Source: an uncultured Candidatus Saccharibacteria bacterium (GTDB lineage: Bacteria > Patescibacteriota > Saccharimonadia > Saccharimonadales > UBA10212). From it: a stretch of 64,000 bases of DNA. This document shows positions 9,605-19,232 of this stretch, piece by piece. The stretch covers positions 59,868 through 123,867 of the forward strand of contig CAYWQH010000001.1 of assembly GCA_964460855.1 (NCBI GenBank), given 5' to 3'. The notes beneath the pieces were generated by a model. It was given only the letters and a program-made list of their open reading frames with translations, ran no database searches and was not told where the DNA came from. Within the stretch, counting starts at the first letter, position 1. Every line of letters starts with the position of its first letter. Made by a program: the position numbers and the translations under genes.

Positions 9605-10642
9605 TTATACTGCTTCGGCGGCGGCTACGGCTTTGCGGACTTCGTTGCTGACTTTTTTGAGAACCTCGGGCTTGTCCCGCAGGTATTGCTTGGCGGCTTC
9701 GCGGCCCTGGGCTATCTTGCTGCCGTCGTATTCGTACCAGGCGCCGGACTTAATGACGATCCCGTTGTTGGTAGCTATATCCAGCACGTCACCTTCGGTG
9801 CTAATGCCTTCGTTATACATAATGTCGAATTCAACTTCGCGGAAGGGCGGGGCAACCTTGTTTTTAACCACTTTTACCCTGGTGCGGTTGCCGATGACCT
9901 CATCCCCTGCCTTAATTTGGCCGATACGCCGGATGTCCATGCGCACACTGGCGTAGAATTTGAGGGCGTTGCCGCCGGTGGTCGTTTCGGGGTTGCCGAA
10001 CATCACGCCGATTTTCATACGCAGCTGGTTAACGAATATAACCGTGCATTTGGTTTTGTTGATAATACCGGTGAGCTTGCGCAGGGCCTGGCTCATCAGC
10101 CGGGCTTGCAGGCCCATGTGGGCGTCGCCCATCTCGCCTTCGATTTCGGCTTGCGGTACTAAAGCAGCTACGGAGTCGACAACGATAATATCCACCGCGT
10201 TGCTGCGCACTAATGCTTCAACCACTTCCAGGGCCTGCTCGCCGTTATCCGGCTGGCTGACCAGCAAACTCTCGATGTTAACGCCTAGTCGCCGGGCGTA
10301 GACCGGGTCAAGTGCATGTTCGGCGTCAACATATGCTGCCGTGCCGCCTTCTTTTTGGACTTCGGCCACGGCGTGTAAACAAAGCGTGGTTTTACCGGAA
10401 CTTTCCGGACCGTAAACTTCAATAATCCGGCCTTTGGGAATACCTCCGCCCAAGGCCATGTCCAGGCCTAAGCTTCCGGTTGGAATGCATTCTATATCTA
10501 CTTTGTGGGCCTCGCCTAGGCGCATGATAGAACCTTTGCCGAATTGTTTTTCGATTTGGGATAGCGCTAGATCCAGCGCCTGGCTCTTGCCGCTGTTATC
10601 TTCTGATTTTTTTGGTTTAGTATCCGCTTTTCCGTCTGCCAT
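9605..10642 (-). CDS. recA: Recombinase RecA
   Basis: Full-length 345-aa match to RecA hallmarks (GPESSGKTT Walker A, VVDSVAAL, and L1/L2 region sequences). Confidence 0.98.
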   Translation of the reverse strand: MADGKADTKPKKSEDNSGKSQALDLALSQIEKQFGKGSIMRLGEAHKVDIECIPTGSLGLDMALGGGIPKGRIIEVYGPESSGKTTLCLHAVAEVQKEGGTAAYVDAEHALDPVYARRLGVNIESLLVSQPDNGEQALEVVEALVRSNAVDIIVVDSVAALVPQAEIEGEMGDAHMGLQARLMSQALRKLTGIINKTKCTVIFVNQLRMKIGVMFGNPETTTGGNALKFYASVRMDIRRIGQIKAGDEVIGNRTRVKVVKNKVAPPFREVEFDIMYNEGISTEGDVLDIATNNGIVIKSGAWYEYDGSKIAQGREAAKQYLRDKPEVLKKVSNEVRKAVAAAEAV

Positions 10643-10699
10643 AATCCCCTACTTTCTTCACCCAAAGTTATAATTATCCACCCATAATGTACTCCTAAT

Positions 10700-10729
10700 A
10701 TTATACAAAATCTAGCAGTCTTGGGTCAA
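10700..10729 (-). promoter_or_regulatory. Sigma70-type promoter for recA
   Basis: On the minus strand: TTGACC (10729-10724), 18-nt spacer, TATAAT (10705-10700), about 55 nt upstream of the recA ATG. Confidence 0.55.
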
Positions 10730-10945
10730 GAGTGCTAACGCTTATTCAGGGCTTTCGCACCACGCCGGCTCGTACACTGGCAAAGCCAGTGAATCGCCGG
10801 CGTTTTTGGCGCATTACGTTGTCAAAGCCTCCGCTACTCCTTCACCGTACATTCCCGTACGGCTCAGTCCGTTACTCGACTTTTCCTAGTACTGCGCTCA
10901 AATGCAAAACCCCTGCAGCTATAAAATACGGCTATAATATTTATT

Positions 10946-11137
10946 GTGAATCCGGGGGATATTTCTAAAGCGATTATCAGCGCCTTGCCGCTGCTTGCGC
11001 TTTGCGTTAACTTGCTGTTCGTGGCCGATATTTACCTGCACGCCGAACACCGGCGGGCTTTATGGATAATTTTAACCATAATTACCGGCATTTTGGGCTA
11101 TATATTTTTTTGGTTTTCCGGCGACCGCCAAAAATAA
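10946..11137 (+). CDS. Small membrane protein, PLD-nuclease N-terminal (PLDc_N)-like
   Basis: 63-aa ORF with a GTG start and two TM helices. The ..ADIYLHAEHRRALWIILTIITGILGYIFFWFSGDR pattern is typical of PLDc_N. Confidence 0.5.
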   Translation: MNPGDISKAIISALPLLALCVNLLFVADIYLHAEHRRALWIILTIITGILGYIFFWFSGDRQK

Positions 11138-11150
11138 CTTATCAATTTAC

Positions 11151-11250
11151 AGCTTTCAACAATCAACAAGCTTTCAACTAAACAATTGTCAGCGATTTAA
11201 TGAAATTTGAAAGCTGACGCGTTGCTACTTTGTTGTTAATTGAAAGCTGA
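11151..11250. repeat. Four copies of a 9-11-nt motif (2 direct AGCTTTCAAC, 2 inverted TTGAAAGCTGA) upstream of pilB
   Basis: AGCTTTCAAC at 11151-11160 and 11169-11178. TTGAAAGCTGA at 11207-11217 and 11240-11250. Confidence 0.8.
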
Positions 11251-11315
11251 AATTTGTAAATTCTTAATTCCTAAACTTATCGTATATAATTGCTTATGAT
11301 TAACCTCGCATACCT

Positions 11316-13112
11316 ATGGATGTCCTAGACAAAAAAATCGAGCGTCTGCTAATTAAGACCCAAAAAGTTAGCGAAGACGAACTGGCTAAGCTCAAAGAGC
11401 AGGCCGTGGCCGATAAGAAATCGCTGCGTGAGCTGGTGCTTAATAAAAACATTGCCACCGAGCAAGAGCTGGCCATGGAGTACGCCGAAGAAATCGGCGT
11501 GCCTTATACCGAATTTGTGGCCAAAGATATTCCCCGGGAGATCTTAAAGAAAGTCCCGGAACACATCGCTAAACAGTACCGGGTAATCTTGTTTGATATT
11601 GAAGCCGAAACCGGCGTTAACCTGCTGGCCATGGAAGACCCCGACGACGTCCAGGCCGTAGATATTTTGCAAAAAACCCTGGGCGAAAACATCCGCTTAT
11701 ATACAGCTTCGCCAAGTAACATCAGCGCCGGGCTGGACCAGTACCGCGGCAATATCAGCAGCGAACTTGGCAAAGTTATGGCTGAGGACGATGAGGCTGA
11801 AGCCGAAGAAGAAGTCACCGAAGAAGATATTGCCGAAGATTCACCGATTGCCCAAACCGTTAATTTAATAATCGAATACTCAATCCGGGCCGGAGCCTCC
11901 GATATCCATATTGAACCGCGCGAGCAGTACATTTCGGTACGCTACCGCATTGATGGCGTATTAAAAGAAGTTAACCGGTTGCCCAAAAAAATCCTGCCCG
12001 CCTTAGTGAGCCGCATAAAAATCCTTTCCAGCTTGAAGATTGACGAACGGCGCGCCCCGCAAGACGGCCGCTTAAAAATAAACGTTGGCGACAAGGTCTG
12101 GAGCCTGCGCGTTTCTACTTTGCCGATTATGGAAGGCGAAAAAGTAGTAATGCGCGTACTTAATGACGCCGCCAAAGCCCAAACCCTGGAAGAACTGGGT
12201 TTTTGGGGCCATTCGCTGGATGTTATTAACGAAGCCATGATGCAGCCGCATGGCATGATTTTAGTCACCGGCCCGACCGGCTCGGGTAAGTCCACCACCT
12301 TATTTAGCTCGCTATCAATTTTAAACAGCCCGAATACCAATATTTCAACCATTGAAGACCCGGTGGAGTACCGTATACCCGGAGTTAACCAAGTACAAGT
12401 AAACCCCAAAGCCGGCATGACTTTCGCTAACGGCCTGCGGGCCCTGCTGCGCCAGGATCCCAACATTATTATGGTCGGCGAAGTCCGGGACAGCGAAACG
12501 GCCGGCCTGGCCGTGCAGGCTGCCCTTACCGGCCACTTAGTATTCACTACCCTGCACACCAACAACGCCTCGACTTGCCTGCCCCGCTTACTGGACATGG
12601 GCATCGAGCCTTTCCTGATTGCCAGCACCGTAAGGGCGGTTATCGGCCAGCGCTTAGTCCGCCGGTTGTGTATGGTCTGCCGCGAACAGTACAAGCCCGG
12701 CAACCTGGAAAATGACGGCCTTAATAAGATGTTCCGTTTTAACGAAGCCAAAATTATGAGCCGCTACCACGCCCTGGAAAAAGAAGCCTTGGAAGGCGGC
12801 ATCGGCAAACCAAAGGGTGACGAAAAAGCCGACTTAGCAACCTCTGACGACGCTATTAAGTATTTATGGCGGGCTAAAAAAGGCGGCTGCGACGCCTGCA
12901 ACCACAGCGGTTTTAAAGGCCGGATAGGTATTTACGAAGCCCTGGCTAATACTTCCACGGTTCAGGGAATGATAGTTGGCAGTTCTACCAGCGAGGAGAT
13001 TCAAATCCAAACTATAAAAGACGGCATGATTACCATGCAAATGGACGGCATCATCAAGGCATTCCGCGGCGAAACGGCCATGGAAGAAGTGCTGCGGGTA
13101 ACCAGGGAATAA
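11316..13112 (+). CDS. pilB: Type IV pilus assembly ATPase PilB (GspE family)
   Basis: 598 aa with an N-terminal T2SSE_N-like region, Walker A GPTGSGKSTT, Asp/His boxes, and a C-terminal tetracysteine-like region (C..C...C..C). Confidence 0.95.
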   Translation: MDVLDKKIERLLIKTQKVSEDELAKLKEQAVADKKSLRELVLNKNIATEQELAMEYAEEIGVPYTEFVAKDIPREILKKVPEHIAKQYRVILFDIEAETGVNLLAMEDPDDVQAVDILQKTLGENIRLYTASPSNISAGLDQYRGNISSELGKVMAEDDEAEAEEEVTEEDIAEDSPIAQTVNLIIEYSIRAGASDIHIEPREQYISVRYRIDGVLKEVNRLPKKILPALVSRIKILSSLKIDERRAPQDGRLKINVGDKVWSLRVSTLPIMEGEKVVMRVLNDAAKAQTLEELGFWGHSLDVINEAMMQPHGMILVTGPTGSGKSTTLFSSLSILNSPNTNISTIEDPVEYRIPGVNQVQVNPKAGMTFANGLRALLRQDPNIIMVGEVRDSETAGLAVQAALTGHLVFTTLHTNNASTCLPRLLDMGIEPFLIASTVRAVIGQRLVRRLCMVCREQYKPGNLENDGLNKMFRFNEAKIMSRYHALEKEALEGGIGKPKGDEKADLATSDDAIKYLWRAKKGGCDACNHSGFKGRIGIYEALANTSTVQGMIVGSSTSEEIQIQTIKDGMITMQMDGIIKAFRGETAMEEVLRVTRE

Positions 13113-13113
13113 T

Positions 13114-14346
13114 ATGGCCAGTTTTGCATACACCGCCCGCAACCCCCAGGGCCAAATTATCAAAGGCAATGTCAGCGCCAGTTCCAAGCAGGCCGCAACC
13201 CAGGCAATTGTTAAGCAAGACCTTAAACCGATCCTTATTAAACAGACTGATGATGGCAAAGGCGTAGCCGCCCACGGCAGCAAAATCCCGCTTTTAGGCG
13301 GTAAAGTTAAGTCGCGAGACCTGGTGATTTTTACCCGTCAATTATCCACTATGATAAATGCCGGCGTGCCGCTGGTACGTTCGATCAATACGCTGATGCT
13401 CCAAACTGCCAACAAAAAACTTAAGGAGCAGCTGGCAATGATTGGCAAAGATGTCGAAAGCGGTATTGCCTTAAGCGACGCCCTCGAAAAATTCCCCGGA
13501 ACTTTCTCGCCGATCTACGTCAATATGGTTCGGGCCGGTGAGGCCGGCGGTATATTGGACGAAATCCTTAAAAAGCTGGCTACCCAGCAGGAAAAAGACG
13601 CCGCCATCCGGGCTAAAGTTAAAAGCGCCTCGACTTACCCCATGATTTTGTTAATTATTACAGTTTCGGCATTCTTTGTGTTATCGATAGCCGTAATGCC
13701 CAAAATCGGCGGTATCGTTACATCTTTAAGCGGTGGTAATGCTAAGCTGCCGCCCCAAACCGTGGCTATGCTGAGCGTCAGCGGCTTTATGCGCCACCAG
13801 TGGTACATAATTATTGCCATTCTCGTCGGCGGACCGATATTCTTGTCGCGCTGGCGAAAAACCCCCAAAGGCCGCCAAAAATTTGATACTTTCCTGCTAA
13901 AAGTGCCGGTCGTAAAAACAGTTGTTACTAAAGTTGCCATCGCCCGCTTTGCCAATATTTTTGCCTCGCTGATGGCCGCCGGCGTTTCTGTTTTAGAAAC
14001 CCTGGAGGTTACTTCACGCGCATTAGGCAACTACGTTATAGAAACCGAGCTGCAAAACGCCGCCCGCGAAGTCAAAAACGGCAAGCAGCTCAGCCAGCCG
14101 CTCAGCCAAAGCAAGATATTCCCGCCGATTGTCGCCCAAATGCTAGCCGTTGGCGAAGAAACCGGCCAAACCGAAACTATCCTGGTCAAAGTCGCCGAAT
14201 TTTACGAGGAAGAGGTCGATACGCTTGTGGATAGTTTGAGTTCTATTTTAGAGCCGATAATGATCGTAATTATGGGGGCGATGGTCGGATTAATCGCTGC
14301 GAGTGTCATAGGCCCGATTACTTCTTTGAACCAAAGCATCCAATAA
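13114..14346 (+). CDS. pilC: Type IV pilus platform protein PilC (GspF family)
   Basis: 410 aa with two T2SSF repeats and three TM segments. Starts 2 nt after the pilB stop codon. Confidence 0.95.
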   Translation: MASFAYTARNPQGQIIKGNVSASSKQAATQAIVKQDLKPILIKQTDDGKGVAAHGSKIPLLGGKVKSRDLVIFTRQLSTMINAGVPLVRSINTLMLQTANKKLKEQLAMIGKDVESGIALSDALEKFPGTFSPIYVNMVRAGEAGGILDEILKKLATQQEKDAAIRAKVKSASTYPMILLIITVSAFFVLSIAVMPKIGGIVTSLSGGNAKLPPQTVAMLSVSGFMRHQWYIIIAILVGGPIFLSRWRKTPKGRQKFDTFLLKVPVVKTVVTKVAIARFANIFASLMAAGVSVLETLEVTSRALGNYVIETELQNAAREVKNGKQLSQPLSQSKIFPPIVAQMLAVGEETGQTETILVKVAEFYEEEVDTLVDSLSSILEPIMIVIMGAMVGLIAASVIGPITSLNQSIQ

Positions 14347-14348
14347 GT

Positions 14349-14376
14349 TGACAATTAAGCATTTGTGTAGATAATC
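14349..14376 (+). promoter_or_regulatory. Sigma70-type promoter for pilA
   Basis: TTGACA (14349-14354), 16-nt spacer, GATAAT (14371-14376), about 55 nt upstream of the pilA ATG. Confidence 0.55.
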
Positions 14377-14432
14377 ATAAGCATAATGTAATAAAGAAAC
14401 TGCCAAAAACAGCATCCAAAAGGAGGGTGGTA

Positions 14433-14897
14433 ATGACAATTAACAGAAAAAATAACCAACGGGGTTTCACGATCGTCGAACTTCTTATCGTCATCGTCGT
14501 GATCATCATCCTGGCCGGGCTGGTATTGAACAGCTTTAAAGGCGTCCAGGAACGGGCCCGTGACACAGAACGGCGCACCGACATCAACTCGGTCGCAACC
14601 CAACTGGAAGTTTACTATAACGACAACGGCGGATACCCGGTACTAACTGGTAACCTGGACACCGACTCATGGATCACCGCTAACTTAAAGGGTGCTGACC
14701 TAAACGCGTTCCGCGCCCCTAACGCTACTGCCAACACCATGACTAACTCCGCAACTCCTGACAAGGACCACTACGGTTACACCCCGCTGCAAAGCGACGG
14801 CACTACCGCTTGTACTACTGCTCCTTGCGCCAAATTCAAACTGTACTTCTTCGAGGAAAAGACCTCAACCGTTAAGAGCAAAGACAGCCTTAACTAA
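14433..14897 (+). CDS. pilA: Type IV major pilin (prepilin with N-terminal methylation motif)
   Basis: AGGAGG lies 6 nt upstream of the ATG at 14433. Leader MTINRKNNQRG|FTIVELLIVIVVIIILAGL, a C-terminal Cys pair, and its own promoter and strong terminator. Confidence 0.9.
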   Translation: MTINRKNNQRGFTIVELLIVIVVIIILAGLVLNSFKGVQERARDTERRTDINSVATQLEVYYNDNGGYPVLTGNLDTDSWITANLKGADLNAFRAPNATANTMTNSATPDKDHYGYTPLQSDGTTACTTAPCAKFKLYFFEEKTSTVKSKDSLN

Positions 14898-14910
14898 ACA
14901 AAGATTTCCG

Positions 14911-14946
14911 AAAAGCCCCTGGCAGGCAGTGCCAGGGGCTTTTTAT
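14911..14946 (+). terminator. Rho-independent terminator after pilA
   Basis: GCCCCTGGCA-ggcag-TGCCAGGGGC (10-bp stem) followed by TTTTT. Confidence 0.85.
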
Positions 14947-14982
14947 ATTCGCTGAAACAGCTTATTATTAAGCATAATCCTT

Positions 14983-15372
14983 ATGAAAAAACCCCAAGTT
15001 GGATTTACTGTTGTTGAGCTGGTTATATCAATCGTATTGATGGGCTTTATTATCCCGGCCGTTGCCATCGGCATGACTAATCTGGCCGTGATTAACAACC
15101 GGGCCCGCGATTTAGTTTTGGCAAATGCCATCGCCCAGAACAAAATAGAGTCGCTGCGCAGTATTGGCTATAACAGCGTTCCGATCAGCACGGTAAGCTT
15201 TACTACGTCGCTGCCGGTTTCGATGGGCAGCCCTAAAAGCGCCAGCTATACGGTTACGCAGAAGTCAGCCGGCTTAAAGCAAGTTGATATCTCCATTTCT
15301 TACAGCGAATATAAAACCACCCACACCCTGGCGTACCGGACTTATATTTATGAACTGGGGGTCGGCCAATGA
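14983..15372 (+). CDS. Minor pilin / pseudopilin (prepilin-type N-terminal domain)
   Basis: MKKPQVG|FTVVELVISIVLMGFII class III signal. Confidence 0.8.
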   Translation: MKKPQVGFTVVELVISIVLMGFIIPAVAIGMTNLAVINNRARDLVLANAIAQNKIESLRSIGYNSVPISTVSFTTSLPVSMGSPKSASYTVTQKSAGLKQVDISISYSEYKTTHTLAYRTYIYELGVGQ

Positions 15373-16028
15373 ACCGGCCTGGCAAACAATCCGGTTTTAC
15401 GCTCACGGAGCTAATAATATCCATTACGGTAGCCACTTTTTTAACCCTGGTATTATTTACGGTTACCGTTTACTACTACGCTAATATTTTGCAAGCCCAA
15501 GCTACCACCGAAATGGCCCTAGAATCGCAAACAATTTTAACCCAGTTAACTGACGACATCCGGCTGGCCGATGCAATTTCATCCACTAACCAGATAGCCG
15601 ATGCCAACGGCCCGGCTGGCGGCTGGGTAACCAGCGATCCCAGCAATATCTTAATTATTGAAAGCCCGGCAGTAACCAGTACCCGTGACATTATTTATAA
15701 CGACAGTACCGGACTGCCCTATAAAAACGAGTTTATTTATTTTTCCAGCGGTACGACCATGTATAAACGGGTATTAGCAAATGCATCGGCAGTCGGCAAC
15801 ATCGCCAAAACTACTTGCCCAACCGCTACGTCTACTTGCCCGCTCGACCGGATTTTTACCAGTAATTTGAGCAACCTTAGCTTTACCTTTTATGACGCTA
15901 ATGATGCCACCACCGCCAATGCCGGCTCGGCCCGCTCGGTAGTCTTAACCGTCGATATGGCTAAGAAAGTATTCGGCAAGAATATAACGCTTAGCAACTC
16001 AACCCGTGTAACGCTGAGGAACCAGTAA
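15369..16028 (+). CDS. Minor pilin / pseudopilin (prepilin-type N-terminal domain)
   Basis: MNRPGKQSG|FTLTELIISITVATFL class III signal. ATGA overlap with the upstream gene. Confidence 0.8.
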   Translation: MNRPGKQSGFTLTELIISITVATFLTLVLFTVTVYYYANILQAQATTEMALESQTILTQLTDDIRLADAISSTNQIADANGPAGGWVTSDPSNILIIESPAVTSTRDIIYNDSTGLPYKNEFIYFSSGTTMYKRVLANASAVGNIAKTTCPTATSTCPLDRIFTSNLSNLSFTFYDANDATTANAGSARSVVLTVDMAKKVFGKNITLSNSTRVTLRNQ

Positions 16029-17413
16029 TGAGGCAAAAAGGTTTTATCCTGCCAGTATTGTTGATTACCGGGGTAATGATAGTGCTGATGATTATTGCCG
16101 TATCTACCGAAACGGTAACCAACCAGAACGTATCGGTTAAAGGTAATTGGGCCCTGAACGCCCAACTGGCTGCCGATGCCGGCCTGGACGACGCCCTGCT
16201 GCATATGAACACGGTAAGCAACTGGAGCGGAAGCGGCGGCGATGTAACGCTGCTAAGCGACTCAACGAGGCACATCAAGACTACGTATAATACCGTTGTG
16301 ACCGACGGCGCGACGAATATATTAAAAACCATTACCGTTACCGCTAAAACATACTCGCCGGAAACGGCCACCACTCCTAAAACGACCCGTAAATACGATA
16401 TGGATATCCAGGCCGTGACTTCTGGCAACGGCCCGTCATCGGTGGTCAGCGGCGTGGGAGGCTTGATTATGGGCGGCAACAGCAAAGTGTCCGGCGGCGA
16501 CGTTGTGGTCAACGGCAAAATAACTATGAGCAACAATGCCCAGATCGGGCTGAGCACAAACGCGGTTAATTTAAGGGTCGCCCACCAAAGCTGCCCCAGT
16601 CCCGCTACAGCCTCATACCCGCAAGTCTGTGGACCAGGCAACGGCGAACCGATTTCGATGGGCACCAACAGCCTGATTTATGGCAATGTCCAGGCCACTA
16701 ACCAGGTAACCGGTACAAATATGTTCAATCCCGGCCTAATAGCCGGATCAACAGTATCGCCGGTAACTTTGCCATCATTTGACCGGGCGGGCTTAAAAAC
16801 AACTATAAACGCATCAGGAAACACCATGACCGGCGCGGCGGCCTCAAATTGCCCTAATAACGGGTCTGTTAGCTGGCCGGCTAACGTTAAAATTACCGGT
16901 AACGTCGATATCTCCAATAAGTGCACAATTAAAATAAACGGTAATGTTTGGGTTACCGGCTATATTTCAATTAAGAATAATGCCAACATGGTCGTCCAAA
17001 ACAGCGTAGGGAATTCGACGCCGGATATCATGGTAGATGGGCAGGCTGGTTTCGTAGTGGGTAACAGCAGTTCGATAACCCCCAATAATGCCGGTACGAG
17101 CATAGAATTGCTGACTTTTTATAGCGCGGCTCCCTGCTCTCCGGATTGCAGCACGGTAACCGGTACAGATTTGTATACCAGCCAGCAAGCATTGACCATC
17201 GACCTTAGTAATACCGGCTCGGCCCAAGGCGCCATACTGTACGCTTACTGGTCTAAAGTCCGCCTGGCAAATAATGGGGCTTTGGGCGCCATCGCCGGCC
17301 AAACCGTGGAGTTGGGCAACGGGGCAGTCATAACATTTGGCACTTCGATTCCGGGCAGCGACAACCGTATTACAACTTGGGTTAAAAGAGGATACATGCG
17401 GGTCTACAATTAA
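16028..17413 (+). CDS. Large PilX-N-like pilus-associated protein (possible tip or minor pilin)
   Basis: N-terminal MRQKGFILPVLLITGVMIVLMIIAV hydrophobic segment without the G|F-x-x-x-E motif. Gly/Asn/Ser/Thr-rich repetitive body. TAATG overlap with the upstream gene. Confidence 0.6.
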   Translation: MRQKGFILPVLLITGVMIVLMIIAVSTETVTNQNVSVKGNWALNAQLAADAGLDDALLHMNTVSNWSGSGGDVTLLSDSTRHIKTTYNTVVTDGATNILKTITVTAKTYSPETATTPKTTRKYDMDIQAVTSGNGPSSVVSGVGGLIMGGNSKVSGGDVVVNGKITMSNNAQIGLSTNAVNLRVAHQSCPSPATASYPQVCGPGNGEPISMGTNSLIYGNVQATNQVTGTNMFNPGLIAGSTVSPVTLPSFDRAGLKTTINASGNTMTGAAASNCPNNGSVSWPANVKITGNVDISNKCTIKINGNVWVTGYISIKNNANMVVQNSVGNSTPDIMVDGQAGFVVGNSSSITPNNAGTSIELLTFYSAAPCSPDCSTVTGTDLYTSQQALTIDLSNTGSAQGAILYAYWSKVRLANNGALGAIAGQTVELGNGAVITFGTSIPGSDNRITTWVKRGYMRVYN

Positions 17414-17499
17414 TGGCCGCCAACAGATACCAATACATTTATGCTTATGATATACTTGCGATAAGATAACAACTGGGTGGCGCATCAAATAAACATACT

Positions 17500-18570
17500 A
17501 TGAGCTCTTCGACCTTGTTTTACCGGGAAAAACCGTTATTTGGTTTTGATATCGGCCATGGCTCTATAAAAGTGGTCCAGCTAAGCATGGCCGGAAAACG
17601 GATGGTTTTAGACGGTTACGGCACGGTAGGCTTTGAGGCCGAAGCCATCCGAGACGGCGAAGTTATTGACTATGAAACGGTGGCGGCCGCCACCGCCAAG
17701 TTGTTTAAAGATAATATTACCGGCAGCATAAGCACCAACTCGGCGGCGATCTCGTTGCCTGTCAGCCAATCTTTCAGCCGGGTCATCCGCCTGCCGGTCA
17801 TGCCCGAAAAAGACGTATTAGAAGCTATCCGCCTGGAAGCCGAGCAATATATACCAATAGCTCTCGACGATTTGTATATAGATTACCAATTGATCCATAC
17901 CTACGAGGACAGCCGCGACTACCTGGTAGCCGCCTCGCCTAAGCGCGTAGTAGATTCCTATATGAAACTATTCGATATATTGGGTATTGATGTAGTTGTA
18001 ATGGAGCCAAGTATCATGAGCGTTACCCGGGTAGTCCGAAACTCCGAATTATCGGACTTGCCTACTTTGGTTATCGACTGCGGCTCAATCAGCACCGACC
18101 TGATCATTTACGACCGCATGTCGGTTCAAGTTACCGGTACCGTAAAGTTCGGTGGAAACACACTTACCAAGTCATTAATGGACAGCATGAGCTTAACCGA
18201 ACTGCAGGCCAATACCGTCAAAAGCAAATACGGGCTGGACCTCAGCAAAAAGCAGGCCGAAATTTCAAAAGCCTTGGAGGTGCCACTGCGCAGCCTCACT
18301 ACCGAAATCCGTAAAATAATCCGCTATTTCGAAGACCGCGGCAACGAACAAAACAGTAAAGTCGAGCAAATAATTATCCTGGGCGGGGGCGGCAACTTGC
18401 CCGGCTTTAGCTCATATATTACAAATGCCCTGCGCATTCCTACCCGGCTGTGCAGCATCTGGCAGCACATCGATTTTGACGGGCTGCAGCCGCCCAACAT
18501 TTTAGATACCACTATGTATGCCACGGCTGCCGGATTGGCATTAATTACGCCCAAAGAGGTAATCGAATGA
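17500..18570 (+). CDS. pilM: Type IV pilus assembly protein PilM (actin-like ATPase fold)
   Basis: FGFDIGHGSIKVVQL N-terminus, 356 aa, operon context. Confidence 0.9.
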   Translation: MSSSTLFYREKPLFGFDIGHGSIKVVQLSMAGKRMVLDGYGTVGFEAEAIRDGEVIDYETVAAATAKLFKDNITGSISTNSAAISLPVSQSFSRVIRLPVMPEKDVLEAIRLEAEQYIPIALDDLYIDYQLIHTYEDSRDYLVAASPKRVVDSYMKLFDILGIDVVVMEPSIMSVTRVVRNSELSDLPTLVIDCGSISTDLIIYDRMSVQVTGTVKFGGNTLTKSLMDSMSLTELQANTVKSKYGLDLSKKQAEISKALEVPLRSLTTEIRKIIRYFEDRGNEQNSKVEQIIILGGGGNLPGFSSYITNALRIPTRLCSIWQHIDFDGLQPPNILDTTMYATAAGLALITPKEVIE

Positions 18571-19232
18571 TTAACCTGATTCCTGATAACGTTAAGGCCA
18601 GCACCCACTACGCCATACTAAACTCCAAGTTAATCCGTTATTTGGCGGTCTCGGCCTTAACTATGGTGGCTATCGGCCTGATTACCGGCGCCTCGCTGCT
18701 GCGCATGCGCCAAGTCGATGAGAACCTGCAGGGGCAACTAAACGGCCAGAACCAGCAGATTACGCAGCTTAAACCTGTGGAGGCCCAGGGCCAGAAATTA
18801 TCCGACCAGATTACAACCATCAAAGAACTTTTAAACCGCCAGGTTAAATTCTCGCTGGTTATACCCAACATTGCCAAAATCCTGCCGCCCGGCGCGGTGA
18901 TGAGCAACCTGGATTTTTCGGTGGATGACATCGTAGCTTCCGCAACCGTTAAAGCTTCGGCGGCCAGCGCCGGCGACAAGCCGTTCGTAGTCAGCGCCCT
19001 GGTTAAAGACCAAGATACTGCCGCCACTTTACTGGATAATATTAACGCTAAAAAAGACCTGTTTACGGCTGCCGACACCATCGATATCAAGCGCAACGCC
19101 GACAGCGTGACCGCTACAAACTACCCGTACGTAACGGTAATTAACGCCTATCTCAAAAAACAAGCGCTAACCGATACAACTTCCAAGCAAAGCTATTTCG
19201 ACGCTTTCCATAAATTGGAGATTGGCGGCTGA
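18567..19232 (+). CDS. pilN: PilN-like pilus assembly protein
   Basis: MINLIPDN start, single TM helix, coiled coil. ATGA overlap with pilM. Confidence 0.75.
   Translation: MINLIPDNVKASTHYAILNSKLIRYLAVSALTMVAIGLITGASLLRMRQVDENLQGQLNGQNQQITQLKPVEAQGQKLSDQITTIKELLNRQVKFSLVIPNIAKILPPGAVMSNLDFSVDDIVASATVKASAASAGDKPFVVSALVKDQDTAATLLDNINAKKDLFTAADTIDIKRNADSVTATNYPYVTVINAYLKKQALTDTTSKQSYFDAFHKLEIGG

Noticed and set aside
9189-10301. Long plus-strand ORFs (9189-9956, 9578-10162, 9960-10301) opposite recA and the DUF457 gene.
   Set aside because: They are antisense to recA, whose identity is unambiguous. Their composition is typical of the reverse frame of a GC-rich codon-biased gene.
10817-10845. 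Resemblance of GGAGUAGCGGAGGCUUUGACAACG (minus strand) to conserved parts of the yybP-ykoY Mn2+ riboswitch (GGGGAGUAGC ... UUGACA).
   Set aside because: The two motifs are only 8 nt apart, leaving no room for the intervening helices of that riboswitch. The downstream gene (recA) has its own promoter in between. Probably coincidence.
10732-10968. A 78-aa ORF spanning the structured recA-upstream region.
   Set aside because: It has an implausible composition, overlaps the better-supported GTG-start PLDc_N ORF in another frame, and covers strong RNA-type helices.
11942-13283. Minus-strand ORFs of 139-269 aa opposite pilB/pilC.
   Set aside because: They are shadow ORFs within clearly identified pilB and pilC. 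They are Arg/Ser-rich with no motifs.
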